Assembly: GCA_039815375.1 (NCBI GenBank)
Contig: JBCBZJ010000040.1
Span: forward strand, 1 to 18,990
Direction: 5' to 3'
Length of the DNA stretch: 18,990 bases
Origin: Verrucomicrobiota bacterium
GTDB lineage: Bacteria > Verrucomicrobiota > Verrucomicrobiia > Opitutales > Coraliomargaritaceae
Shown here in pieces: positions 8,774 through 18,568 of this stretch; position 1 is the first letter of the stretch, and each line of letters starts with the position of its first letter. The translations under genes and the position numbers were made by a program. The notes beneath the pieces are model-generated. The model was not told where the DNA came from. It did no database searches and saw only the letters and a program-made list of their open reading frames with translations.

Positions 8774-9448
8774 ATGAAATACATCATCTTTCTCACCGCC
8801 CTAGCGCTACTAAGTGGTTGCAACACGACCCGCCCGTGGTTCTTCGGAAAAGATGCTGCGCAAATAAGACCAGAGCAGGGATACATTGTCGGAACCATCA
8901 CTCAAACAGACCCCGAAATCGCCAATGGACATACCACGATTAATATTCAAAAATCAGACTCACACAACTCTTTAAGCGACTTGGTTAATCGGTTTCAGAA
9001 AATTGAACTGAATTATTCTAGCTATCTAGACCGAAACGACACTGACTTCTCCAACAAGAAAGGGAGATGCTTTCTAAAAGAATTAGGTGAAGGAACATAT
9101 TATGTAACACAATGGAATGTTCAATCGAATGACATGAGTAGCTTCTGGCCTGTGGACGTAATAGCCTACCCTATTAAGATCAAAGCAGGAGAGATCTACT
9201 ACATCGGCAATTTCGACGTTACAGTGACACCCGGAGTTCCTGACTCTTTTGGTTTTCCTAGAATCACCCGTGCTTGGCTAGAAGTGAAAGATGAATACAA
9301 TAATGATATCGATGATATTCTCAGAGTTTTCCCCTTCATTAAAGGCCAGGAAATCGAGAATTATTCTATCAAGATGGATGAATGGATCAGATCCGATAGA
9401 GTTAGAACTGGAACGATCAAACCTGTGCCCTTCCCTGAAGAAAAATGA
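8774..9448 (+). CDS. Cassette 15: hypothetical lipoprotein
   Basis: MKYIIFLTALALLSGC lipobox; beta-rich body with GTYYVTQW and IKAGEIYYIGNF. Confidence 0.85.
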   Translation: MKYIIFLTALALLSGCNTTRPWFFGKDAAQIRPEQGYIVGTITQTDPEIANGHTTINIQKSDSHNSLSDLVNRFQKIELNYSSYLDRNDTDFSNKKGRCFLKELGEGTYYVTQWNVQSNDMSSFWPVDVIAYPIKIKAGEIYYIGNFDVTVTPGVPDSFGFPRITRAWLEVKDEYNNDIDDILRVFPFIKGQEIENYSIKMDEWIRSDRVRTGTIKPVPFPEEK

Positions 9449-9519
<71 letters not shown>

Positions 9520-9570
9520 AAACTGGTCCATTTCAAGAGTTAGTCTGTTGTGTTAAAATGACAACAGACC

Positions 9571-9840
9571 ATGAAAGGCAAAAGATATAAAACTGAACAA
9601 AAAATCCGGATTCTGCGCCTTGCAGATCAGGCAGATAAAACAATCTTGGATGTATGCCGTGAATCAGGCATCAGTGAGCAAACGTTCCATCGTTGGAAAC
9701 GTGAGTTCGGCATGATGGATATGGATCAGGCTAAGCAGCTCAAGGAGCTCCAAAAAGAGAATGCTCGATTGAAGCGTATGCTTGCCGATGAGATGCTGGG
9801 TAAAGAGCTGTTGAAGGAGGCTCTGGAAAAAAAGCTGTGA
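9571..9840 (+). CDS. IS3-family transposase OrfA (HTH plus leucine zipper)
   Basis: VCRESGISEQTFHRWKREF; LKELQKENARLKRMLAD; A7G slippery run at 9827-9834. Confidence 0.92.
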   Translation: MKGKRYKTEQKIRILRLADQADKTILDVCRESGISEQTFHRWKREFGMMDMDQAKQLKELQKENARLKRMLADEMLGKELLKEALEKKL

Positions 9841-10796
9841 GCCCCGGTCACAAGCGGCAGCTTGCTGTTGATTTTGTGGACCAGGGGCGTTGCACAGCAA
9901 GAGTGGCATGTCGGCATTTTGGCCTGCACCGCTCTACTTTTTCGTACAAGGCAAAGAAGACCAGCCTATGGCTGAGCGATCTCAAAGACCGTTTGACGAA
10001 GCTGTCGAGGTTGTTTCCTGAGCTGGGTTATGCAAAGATAGCTCGGTTGCTGAAGAATGAAGGCTGGGCTGTCGGTGCTCGATTGATCCAGCGTTTACGC
10101 AGAGAGCTTGGTTTAATGGTTCCTCCGAAACGTAAACGCCAGCGCCGCAAAGGCCCTTCAACGGGCTTACCAACGGCGGCGCAGCATCGCGGCCACGTCT
10201 GGACCTGGGACTTTGTTCATGACTCCACTGTGCGAGGTGGAAAACTTCGTATGCTTAATATCATCGATGAATACACTCGAGAGTGCTTGTGCATCCATGT
10301 AGATCGCAAGATCAATGCTCGTAAGGTGCGTGGCGTGCTTCAGCGACTTATCAAAGATCATGGAGCTCCCGGCTATATCCGTAGCGATAATGGCAGTGAG
10401 TTCATCGAAAAAGAGCTCCGCGCCTGGATCGCAGGTGCTGGTATCAAAACGATCTATATCGATCCCGGAAGCCCTTGGCAGAATGGATATATCGAATCAT
10501 TCAACGCGAGATTACGCGACGAATGCCTAGATCGCGAACTGCTATTTACCCTGACCGAGGCTCGCGTAGTCCTCGAGGACTGGCGCTGGAAATACAATCA
10601 CGTTCGTCCGCATCGAAGTCTTGGATACATGACGCCACTGAGCTTCGCAGAACAAGAATCAACACCTTCCAGTCCCTGCTGGGTCTCCGGTCAGGCTCCG
10701 CCTTTCCTCCAACCCAGCATTGACTTCTTAAACCACCTATACCAACCCATTAACCACAGCAGCAGACTAACGAACATTGTGGCCCAGTTTGGGTAA
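9837..10796 (+). CDS. IS3-family transposase OrfB (rve/DDE), -1 frame relative to OrfA
   Basis: WTWDF, IIDEYTRECL, IRSDNGSEF, PGSPWQNGYIESFNARLRDECL, YNHVRPHRSLGYMTP. Confidence 0.95.
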   Translation: MSPGHKRQLAVDFVDQGRCTARVACRHFGLHRSTFSYKAKKTSLWLSDLKDRLTKLSRLFPELGYAKIARLLKNEGWAVGARLIQRLRRELGLMVPPKRKRQRRKGPSTGLPTAAQHRGHVWTWDFVHDSTVRGGKLRMLNIIDEYTRECLCIHVDRKINARKVRGVLQRLIKDHGAPGYIRSDNGSEFIEKELRAWIAGAGIKTIYIDPGSPWQNGYIESFNARLRDECLDRELLFTLTEARVVLEDWRWKYNHVRPHRSLGYMTPLSFAEQESTPSSPCWVSGQAPPFLQPSIDFLNHLYQPINHSSRLTNIVAQFG

Positions 10797-10804
10797 CTCG
10801 ATCA

Positions 10805-11219
10805 GTCGTGTGTTGAAAGAGTGTTCGCTGCTAATCAAATCACGAGCGTCACAAATGTTAGCGTTACATTTACTGGTGTGACACTGCCGGATCGGACTGA
10901 TCCCAATACAAAACCCCCGCCATTTCTTTTGTTGAATGTTAACTTTGAGCTTAGCTTAACTGTTTCTGGATTCGCTTTCTGCACAAAAATATGTAGCGAC
11001 TGCACAATTCTTAAAAAAACCTCTCCGGGCGTAACTGTTCCTTTGTCTGGGATTCAAGTATCCGTTCCGGTCGGAGCAAGTCCGACAAACATTCCGGCAG
11101 CAATAAAAAAAGCTAACTTGCTTCTATCGGGAGGCGCTCGTTTGTCTAAATTGCCTTCAGTCGTAGCTGGATTCAAGGTTAAGTCAGGGCTTGATAAAAT
11201 CTGTGAAAGTTTATTTTGA
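10805..11219 (+). pseudogene. Probably 5'-truncated ORF (Cys-containing C-terminal fragment) cut by IS3
   Basis: The frame is open from the IS junction (TCG TGT GTT GAA AGA GTG...), with only a GTG start at 10821 and no clear RBS. Confidence 0.5.
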
Positions 11220-11841
11220 AGTCGTTGTGAGAGTATATTTTATTACAGGCATATTTCTTATTTGTGGTTTAATTTTGGGAGCTCCCGAGGTGGCGACCCT
11301 AGATTTCGAATATGTATTTGATGGTGACCAAGTTTCCGAAGATGAGGTTGTCTCCGCAATAAATACAAGTGCCACGACCATGAATCTAGGCGGCTTAAGT
11401 ATCTTTTCTTTTCAAGAGCAGAATCGGAATTACATTACCTTTGCCGTGCCGTTAGAACAGTATGAAAATCTCAAAGACTCTGTGGACTTGGATTGGATCA
11501 AAGAATCGATGTTTAAGCAGGGAATCAACTCTGTTGAATTTAGGAACGTAAAACCTATAGGCCAAAAAACGTTTTCGCTGGAAAGTAAGAAAGTTGATTT
11601 TCTACCAGATTTCACGATTTCTATAATTAGGCCTTTCCGTGATGACTTCGAGAATGAGTTGGAAACGTTTCTCATTGGTTATATTCAAAAAGACCAATAC
11701 AGTTTTGGTCTGATGAGGAGTGACTGTTGTATTTGTATTTCGATTAAAGACTTAGATGATCCATCAGAATTTTTGACGGAGTTCGACTTTGGGAATATGA
11801 TAAGTCATCGGGAAACTGCGTATGTTTATGTTCACGAATAG
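11191..11841 (+). CDS. Hypothetical exported or membrane-anchored acidic protein
   Basis: 216 aa; hydrophobic N-terminus; overlaps the upstream ORF end; start uncertain. Confidence 0.65.
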   Translation: MIKSVKVYFEVVVRVYFITGIFLICGLILGAPEVATLDFEYVFDGDQVSEDEVVSAINTSATTMNLGGLSIFSFQEQNRNYITFAVPLEQYENLKDSVDLDWIKESMFKQGINSVEFRNVKPIGQKTFSLESKKVDFLPDFTISIIRPFRDDFENELETFLIGYIQKDQYSFGLMRSDCCICISIKDLDDPSEFLTEFDFGNMISHRETAYVYVHE

Positions 11842-11868
11842 GGTCTTTTTGATCTGTCTTAGCTGAGT

Positions 11869-12087
11869 ATGATGAGTAAAGCGTTTGGAGTCATTGTAGG
11901 AGGAATATCAGGCGCACTATTGTTTTTGGTATTAAGGCTGCTTCTAGGGTGGGGTCTGACCTTTTACCCTCTGCTTAGTTTGCTTTTCGAATTACTTCCA
12001 GGCCTTGTTCTAGGTATGTTTGCAGGTTTTAAATTCCATCGGCGTATTAATAGCTTAATAGATCATCTTTGGATCACAGGAGGTTGA
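11869..12087 (+). CDS. Small 2-TM hypothetical protein
   Basis: 72 aa, Gly-rich hydrophobic helices. Confidence 0.55.
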   Translation: MMSKAFGVIVGGISGALLFLVLRLLLGWGLTFYPLLSLLFELLPGLVLGMFAGFKFHRRINSLIDHLWITGG

Positions 12088-12356
12088 AATTCGGGTAGAA
12101 AAATACTCACATGCGTGATCGAAATGATGCAAGAAAATCGACCCGAATTAGAGCCGTCTAAGGAGGGGAGAGGGCGTAATTTCGCTCAACTTGATCGAAA
12201 TAAAGAACGACGTAATAGCCGAAGACCCCTTTAAATAAGGGCTCTGGAAGGTGTTAACCACTTTGCTGCGATTTCGGTCAGTTCGACTTTGTCAGCGCGT
12301 TTAGCCAGCCACGGAGTGGCAGAGGCTTACGCCGTGCCACACGTTGACTTTCTAGA

Positions 12357-12379
12357 GCCGAGCATTTTGCTCGGTTTTT
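12357..12379 (+). terminator. Rho-independent terminator-like hairpin
   Basis: CCGAGCA-TTT-TGCTCGG followed by TTTTT. Confidence 0.55.
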
Positions 12380-12400
12380 GTGTTCCAAAAGTTTGGTTTC

Positions 12401-12603
12401 AGGGGACAAAAAGGGACAAAAGTTGGCTATTTTAGGGTATTTTACGGCATTTTAAGCCGAATGGGCGAAATTGATGGATTCTGTAAAAGTTTTATCTCCA
12501 ACATAATACATAATATTTTAATTTCTGCTTGTGTGACATGGATTCAAAAAATCGCCGGTGATTACCAATTGTTTGCGAAATCTAGGGGTCAAAAAAGGGT
12601 CAA
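12401..12603. repeat. Two pairs of GGG(A/T)CAA direct repeats flanking an AT-rich spacer (att-like)
   Basis: AGGGGACAAAAAGGGACAAAA 12401-12421 and AGGGGTCAAAAAAGGGTCAA 12584-12603. Confidence 0.55.
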
Positions 12604-12693
12604 TTGAGTAACCACCATGAATCCCTCTCGCCGATATATGCGAAATTCTGAGCCGCTTTAGCCAAAAAGTTTGATTGTGACTCAAATATTTTA

Positions 12694-12711
12694 AGTGTAA
12701 ATTTGTTCACT
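12694..12711. promoter_or_regulatory. Imperfect palindrome upstream of imuA, candidate LexA/SOS operator
   Basis: AGTGTAAA-TT-TGTTCACT (6/8 symmetric), contains a TGTTC half-site, 35 bp before imuA. Confidence 0.35.
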
Positions 12712-12745
12712 ATTAAGTTGCCAAGATAATTCACCTACCTTCCAG

Positions 12746-13459
12746 TTGTCGTTCGTGGCAAGAGAGGATACGGCAGGCATTTTTAAAGCATTGGCGGGCA
12801 AGACAGGAATGTGTCCGGCTACCGCGTTACTTGATCCGGTGAAGGTCGCTGAACAGCCTATCGGGGCTGATTATGGCGGTGCATCACTGCTTAGTACTGA
12901 AGGTAAGAGCCCCGCATGGGAACTACCCCAAAGGCAAATGATCGAATGCGTCTGCACTGGCCCTTCTGTAGGCGGTCAGAGTTTTTTGGAGTGCCTGATT
13001 AATGCATCCTGGCCATCTGGTGTTTTTACTGCCCTTGTCGATGCCGGTCATGGATTTGACCCGGGCAGTCTAAAAACCGGACCTGATAATCACTTTTTTT
13101 GGGTTCAGGTTCGCAGCTGTAAGCAGCTAACCAAGGCTTTAGATATCATCCTGCGGGACGATAATTTCGCATTTGTAGCCGCTGATCTGCGCGGTCTTTC
13201 CAATGCCCAGCTCCAAACAATCCAGCCTTTTGTCTGGTATCGTTTGCAGCGTTTGGCCCATCAAAGAGCAGGCGGCTGCGTGGTCTTTACAAGGAAGCCC
13301 AGTGTGCGTTGCGCGGATCGGCGTATTGCCCTGTCAAGGGCCCGCTGTCTGGATGATCTCGATCAAAGTCGGGAAACCCTGCTCACCGATATCCAGAATT
13401 CGGTTCACTATATGAACCGTGGACAGGTGACCATCCCCGAAGCTGCAATAGCAGGCTAG
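12746..13459 (+). CDS. imuA: ImuA-like RecA-fold mutasome protein (start uncertain)
   Basis: Degenerate Walker A (GPSVGGQS), ALVDAGHGFDPGSL, DIILRDDNF, WYRLQRLA; first gene of the operon with imuB-dnaE2. Confidence 0.8.
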   Translation: MSFVAREDTAGIFKALAGKTGMCPATALLDPVKVAEQPIGADYGGASLLSTEGKSPAWELPQRQMIECVCTGPSVGGQSFLECLINASWPSGVFTALVDAGHGFDPGSLKTGPDNHFFWVQVRSCKQLTKALDIILRDDNFAFVAADLRGLSNAQLQTIQPFVWYRLQRLAHQRAGGCVVFTRKPSVRCADRRIALSRARCLDDLDQSRETLLTDIQNSVHYMNRGQVTIPEAAIAG

Positions 13460-13486
13460 CACCCCTCTTTATGAAACGCTGCCCGC

Positions 13487-14974
13487 ATGTATCTGCGCAT
13501 CCACATCGAAAATTTCGCTCTCGCGGCGGCGCTACGTTTCCAGCCGGGCAAGCAACGCGGACCGGTAGCCCTGGTAGATCATCAGGGCCGGGTTTTTGAA
13601 TGTAACAGCGCAGCACAGGGGAAAGATATTCTGCCGGGGATGAGCATGGCCAAGGCGCTCTCGCGCTGCGGCAGTCTGCAGATTATCAATCAGGATATGC
13701 AGGCCGAGCGGGTAGCAAAACGCCTGCTTTGGAATGTAGCCTGGCAAATCACCCCTCAGATTGAGCTGGGTCAGGGACAAGATATGGGCTGCGCAACGTT
13801 GGAGCTGGTACGTCCCGATTTTCAGAAGCTCACCCTACAGATTGATCGGCTTTTGAGCACTCTGCGCCGCTATGACCTAACTGCACGCGCGGGGCTCGCA
13901 GAGACCCCAGAATGGGCTGTGTTTGCAGCAATTGCCGCTGAACGCAGCTGCTTTAAAATAATCCCCAATAAAGAACGGGCGCAGGAATTGATGGCCTGTT
14001 TGCCATTGCCGGTCCTGGAAGCTTTAAGTGCGGAGCATTGCGCCATACTTGAAGGCTGGGGCATTCATACTTTGGCTGCTCTTGCAAAGTTACCGCGGCA
14101 GGCGCTGGGTGAACGGATTGGACAGGCCGGGCTTCAAGCCTGGGACATCTTAAACGGTCAAGAAAAGCGCAGACTGCACTTTTCAGAGATCGAGCCTGAT
14201 TATAGCCAGCGCTTTGATCTGGAAGATCCTATCGTCGATCTGGAGGGGATTTGTTTTTTGATCCAGCGTGCTTCGGAAAGTCTGGAGCTCCAACTTGAAC
14301 AAGCGGGCAAGATGGCACGCTCAGTTTTTCTCTATCTGAAACTGGAGAACGGGAGGACGGAGCAAAAAACCATCCGTCTCCCCGAAGCCACCAGCCGCGC
14401 TGATTTACTGGAGCGCTTACTGCGCAATTATCTGGAACAGCTTAGATTGAAGGCACCGGTTTGTGTCTTGCAGCTGGGAGTGGAGCCGGTTGATCCGCTG
14501 TCCCGGCAGGCCGGGTTATTTGAACGCAGTGTGCGCAATCCCTGGCGCTTACAGGAAACGCTTGATCAATTGGCCGGGCTGTTAGGTCCGGATGCTTTCG
14601 GCTGCCCACGCCCATCTGATACCCATCATCCTGACAGATTTAGATTGGAAGCCCTTTCAACGGACGAACCGGATACGCATTCGAATAGCTCTACCTATCC
14701 AGAAGGTCCACCAGAGATGGGGCCACCGATGCGCCGCTTTTATCCTCCGCTTGCTGCTAAAGTCCTGATACGGAAAGGGCGTCCTGTTCATATTGCCACC
14801 GATATAGTCCAAGGCGATGTAGAACGTTGTAATGGGCCCTACTGCCTTAGCGGAGATTGGGCTGATAAGGAGATATGGGCTTTGGCGGAGTGGGATGTGG
14901 AGATTACCCAAGCCGGTGTTTATTGCCTGCGCTGGCAAAAAGAGCGTTGGCAACTGATCGGAGCATACGACTAG
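13487..14974 (+). CDS. imuB: ImuB, catalytically inactive Y-family polymerase
   Basis: CNSAAQGKDILPGMSMAKALSRC, WGIHTLAALAKLPRQALGERIG, GPYCLSGDW, WQLIGAYD; acidic catalytic motifs degenerate. Confidence 0.9.
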   Translation: MYLRIHIENFALAAALRFQPGKQRGPVALVDHQGRVFECNSAAQGKDILPGMSMAKALSRCGSLQIINQDMQAERVAKRLLWNVAWQITPQIELGQGQDMGCATLELVRPDFQKLTLQIDRLLSTLRRYDLTARAGLAETPEWAVFAAIAAERSCFKIIPNKERAQELMACLPLPVLEALSAEHCAILEGWGIHTLAALAKLPRQALGERIGQAGLQAWDILNGQEKRRLHFSEIEPDYSQRFDLEDPIVDLEGICFLIQRASESLELQLEQAGKMARSVFLYLKLENGRTEQKTIRLPEATSRADLLERLLRNYLEQLRLKAPVCVLQLGVEPVDPLSRQAGLFERSVRNPWRLQETLDQLAGLLGPDAFGCPRPSDTHHPDRFRLEALSTDEPDTHSNSSTYPEGPPEMGPPMRRFYPPLAAKVLIRKGRPVHIATDIVQGDVERCNGPYCLSGDWADKEIWALAEWDVEITQAGVYCLRWQKERWQLIGAYD

Positions 14975-14976
14975 CG

Positions 14977-17900
14977 ATGGAAGGCTATGCTGAACTCCAT
15001 GCCCGCAGTGCTTATAATTTTCTGCGGGGAGCTTTGCCGCCTAAAGCCATGATCCGCGAGATGCGGGAAGCCGGAATTAGCCATGCGGCCATGCCTGACC
15101 GGAACGGCTTTTACGGCGCGCCTGATTTTCAGTTTGGTGCCGAGGAGCTGGGATTTGAGGCAATTGTCAGCACTGAGCTGACCTTAGCGCGCGATCTATC
15201 TCACGATTGGCTAGAGGGCGATTATCTCGGCCATCTACCGCTCCTTGTTGAAAACCGCACCGGCTATAGCAATCTCTGCCAACTGCTCACACGCATGCAT
15301 CTGCGCTGGCGCAAATCCTCCGGTCCACGACCCGGTCAAAGCGGTGCGTATCCGGCTGCTGAACTTTCAGAACTGGCCGCTCACAGTGAGGGGCTTTTTG
15401 CTTTAACCGGAGATAGCGAAGGGCCTTTAGCAATTGCTTGGCATGCCGGGGGAGCGAAAGCGATGGAGAAAGCCATTGATGCACTCTGCGCAGTCTTTCC
15501 TAAAGATAGGCTCTACCTTGAAATCCAGCGTCATTTGCTGCGCACTGAGCGCCATTATAACCGTGCTCTTGTAGAGTTGGCTGAAAAGAAGGGGCTTTCT
15601 CTGATTGCGACAAATGCTCCGACCTATGCCACCAATACAGGTCGCAACGTTTTGGATATATTTACCTGCCTGCGCTATCATACGACGCTGGATCGGGCCG
15701 GACGCTTGCTTGAGGCCAATACTGAAAGGCGCATCAAAAGTGCGGCCGAGATGCGCATGCTTTTTGCCGATTTGCCTCAAGCCGTCGAGAACACGGTCCG
15801 GCTGGCACAGCGTCTGCCCTTTCGTTTACGCGATTTAGGTTACCGCTTCCCCAGCTTTCCGGTGCCCCCGGGTGAGAGCATGGATAGCTTCCTTCGTAAA
15901 CTCACCTTGTTTGGAGCACAGAACCGCTATGGTACGATCAGCCCTAAAGTGCGTCGCCAATTAGAACATGAGCTGGCGATTATTGAGAAGCTAGGCTTTG
16001 CCGGTTACTTCCTGATTGTTTGGGATATCACTAATTACTGCGCGGAACGCGATATCCTCTGTCAGGGTCGCGGCAGTGCAGCCAATAGTGCGGTTTGTTA
16101 TAGCCTGGGTATTACAGCAATTGATCCGATTGCCGGAGGCCTTCTCTTTGAGCGGTTTTTAAGCGAAGGGCGGCAAGGCTGGCCGGATATTGATATTGAT
16201 TTGCCCAGCGGAGAAAAGCGCGAGCAGGTTATTCAGGAAGTTTATCAGCGCTACGGAAAAAACAGCGCTGCGATGACGGCGAATGTTAACCATTACCGTG
16301 GCCGCTCCTCCATGCGTGAAATCGGTAAGGTGCTGGGGCTACCCTTGGATATTGTTGATCGATTTAATGCGCTCTTTGCCCGTGGTGATTTTCCGCATAC
16401 GCTGACTCTTGACGACCAAATCAAGCAGGCAGGAATCGATTGGAGTAATCCGCGTCACCGGGCCGCCTTAACCAGCTTTAATGCAATCACCGGTTTGCCC
16501 CGTAACTTAGGTCAGCATAGCGGCGGCATGGTCATTTGTAATGATGCGCTGCATCATTTTGTGCCATTAGAAAATGCTTCCATGGAAGGCCGTGTAGTGC
16601 TTCAGTGGAATAAGGATGCCTGTGAGGATTTGGGCATGGTTAAAATTGATCTGCTGGGGCTTGGGATGATGGCGGTGATGCAGGACTGTATCGAGCTGAC
16701 CCATCATCGCGGGCGTGGAGTTGATCTGGCCCGCATCGATAAAACAGATACAGAGACTTATGATCTGTTGTGCCGTGCTGAAACCATCGGGGTCTTTCAA
16801 GTCGAAAGCCGTGCGCAGATGGCAACATTGCCGCGCATGAGGCCGCGTAGCTTTTATGATTTGGCGATTGAAGTGGCAATCATTCGCCCTGGTCCGATCG
16901 CCGGCGAACTTGCTAATCCTTACCTCAATCGGCGCAACGGTATTGAAGAGGTGACCTATATTGATGAAAGGCTGCGACCGATCCTAGAACGCACGCTGGG
17001 TATTCCGATGTTTCAGGAGCAGGTGCTTAAAATGGGCATCGTAATGGCCGGGCTGGATGCCAGTGAATCCGAGCAACTGCGCCGGGCTCTTGGTTTTACC
17101 CGTGATGAAGAGCGGGTGAATAAAGCCAAGGATACGCTACGCAAACGTTTGGCGGATAATGGTATCTCCGGAGATAAGGCCGAATGGCTGGTCAATACGA
17201 TTGATAGTTTTGCGCTCTATGGTTTTCCCGAAAGCCATGCGATCAGCTTTGCCCTGATTGCTTACAGCTCGGCCTGGATGAAAGTGCACCGCACTGAGGA
17301 GTTCTTTTGTGCCTTGCTCAATAACCAGCCGATGGGCTTTTACGGCCCGGCTACGCTGATTCAGGATGCCAGACGCTATGGGCTGCGTTTCCTGCCGCCC
17401 GATGTGACGGCTTCAGAGTGGGACTGCACAATAGAGGATTACGAGGAACGTCCCTGTGTGCGGATTGGTCTGAAGATGATTAAGGCGCTTTCTGCAACCA
17501 ACACGCAAATGATGCTGGAGGAACGATCCCGGGAGCCTTTTATGTCTTTGCGGCAATTCCGTTTGCGAACGTGTTTTAAAAAGGATGAGATGCGTGTTCT
17601 GGCCGCAGCAGGTTCACTGAATGCCCTTGTTCAAAGTCGTCGTCAGGCGCTCTGGGAAATTGAGCAACCTATGGAGCTGGATTTGTTTTCGGCGGTTGAG
17701 TTGGAAGCGCAGGCTGATGAGGATGAAATACCTTCCAAGACCCCTCTGCCGGAAATGACCAATTGGGAGCGGCTTTGTGCGGATTTTGCCACCACAACAA
17801 TCACCGTTGGCGCACATCCGATGCAGCAAATTAGGCCTCAACTAAAGAGAAGCTATCAGACCGCTGAAGACCTTAAATCCCTAAAGGACGGAAAAATGGT

Positions 17901-18171
17901 GGATGTGGCTGGAGCGGTTATTTGCCGTCAGCGCCCCGGCACGGCAAAGGGTGTGTTCTTTCTCTCTCTGGAGGACGAGACCGGGATCGTAAATTGCGTC
18001 TTATGGCCTAATCTTTTTGAGCGAAACCGATTGTTGGTTGCTCAGGAACTATATATTGCAGCACGAGGGAAGCTGCAAAAATCACAGGGCACTATCCACG
18101 TCATTGCACGGCAGGTGGAGCGGCTCGAAATTGATGGTGCCCCGGCTTCAGCCAGCCATGATTTTCATTAG
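14977..18171 (+). CDS. dnaE2: Error-prone DNA polymerase III alpha DnaE2 (ImuC); start corrected to ATG 14977
   Basis: YAELHARSAYNFLRGA PHP start, GRGSAANSAVCY, PDIDID, KIDLLGLG, YGFPESHA, RQRPGTAKG, C-terminal SHDFH tail. Confidence 0.96.
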   Translation: MEGYAELHARSAYNFLRGALPPKAMIREMREAGISHAAMPDRNGFYGAPDFQFGAEELGFEAIVSTELTLARDLSHDWLEGDYLGHLPLLVENRTGYSNLCQLLTRMHLRWRKSSGPRPGQSGAYPAAELSELAAHSEGLFALTGDSEGPLAIAWHAGGAKAMEKAIDALCAVFPKDRLYLEIQRHLLRTERHYNRALVELAEKKGLSLIATNAPTYATNTGRNVLDIFTCLRYHTTLDRAGRLLEANTERRIKSAAEMRMLFADLPQAVENTVRLAQRLPFRLRDLGYRFPSFPVPPGESMDSFLRKLTLFGAQNRYGTISPKVRRQLEHELAIIEKLGFAGYFLIVWDITNYCAERDILCQGRGSAANSAVCYSLGITAIDPIAGGLLFERFLSEGRQGWPDIDIDLPSGEKREQVIQEVYQRYGKNSAAMTANVNHYRGRSSMREIGKVLGLPLDIVDRFNALFARGDFPHTLTLDDQIKQAGIDWSNPRHRAALTSFNAITGLPRNLGQHSGGMVICNDALHHFVPLENASMEGRVVLQWNKDACEDLGMVKIDLLGLGMMAVMQDCIELTHHRGRGVDLARIDKTDTETYDLLCRAETIGVFQVESRAQMATLPRMRPRSFYDLAIEVAIIRPGPIAGELANPYLNRRNGIEEVTYIDERLRPILERTLGIPMFQEQVLKMGIVMAGLDASESEQLRRALGFTRDEERVNKAKDTLRKRLADNGISGDKAEWLVNTIDSFALYGFPESHAISFALIAYSSAWMKVHRTEEFFCALLNNQPMGFYGPATLIQDARRYGLRFLPPDVTASEWDCTIEDYEERPCVRIGLKMIKALSATNTQMMLEERSREPFMSLRQFRLRTCFKKDEMRVLAAAGSLNALVQSRRQALWEIEQPMELDLFSAVELEAQADEDEIPSKTPLPEMTNWERLCADFATTTITVGAHPMQQIRPQLKRSYQTAEDLKSLKDGKMVDVAGAVICRQRPGTAKGVFFLSLEDETGIVNCVLWPNLFERNRLLVAQELYIAARGKLQKSQGTIHVIARQVERLEIDGAPASASHDFH

Positions 18172-18181
18172 GAGGGCTGGC

Positions 18182-18568
18182 TTATTGAAACTCTTCTTCC
18201 CACGCACGGATTGCCAGAACATCAATTTGTAGTCCGTAATGCTCGATAATCGAATTGACGCGCAGCAGGTGTCTCTCATCTGCCCTAGTCTCGATTATGA
18301 GTAGAATACCCGCCCGCTTATTCGTCTGAAATCCATAGTTAAGGCTCTGACCAATTGCCTCAGCCCACTTGTCGGCAAAGTCTACCTCGATTGCGTGCTT
18401 TTCTGTGACGATGTCACAGCGGGTGCCATCGGGCATGGCGACTTCAGTCTCACCACCATATTTTTCGGCGGCGATTTTCTGATAGTATGATTCTGGCTGT
18501 ATTCGTTCTGAAAAAAGCGCTACCGGGAACAGTGTAAGGACGAAAATTCTAAGGTCATAAACTCTCAT
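18182..18568 (-). CDS. Small PD-(D/E)XK-fold-like hypothetical protein with hydrophobic N-terminus
   Basis: E...DGTRCDIVTEKHAIEVDFADKWAEAIGQSLNY pattern; convergent with dnaE2. Confidence 0.65.
   Translation of the reverse strand: MRVYDLRIFVLTLFPVALFSERIQPESYYQKIAAEKYGGETEVAMPDGTRCDIVTEKHAIEVDFADKWAEAIGQSLNYGFQTNKRAGILLIIETRADERHLLRVNSIIEHYGLQIDVLAIRAWEEEFQ

Noticed and set aside
12088..12149. 9-bp inverted repeat AATTCGGGT/ACCCGAATT as an ncRNA or MITE
   Set aside because: A single short repeat with a 44-nt spacer, no target duplication and no second copy, which is compatible with chance.
12536..12560. tRNA-Leu-like fragment (ATGGATTCAAAAAATCGCCGG)
   Set aside because: No complete anticodon stem or cloverleaf can be formed.
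12380..12607. 75 aa ORF
   Set aside because: It spans the repeat-flanked AT-rich region just after a terminator-like hairpin and shows no protein-like features.
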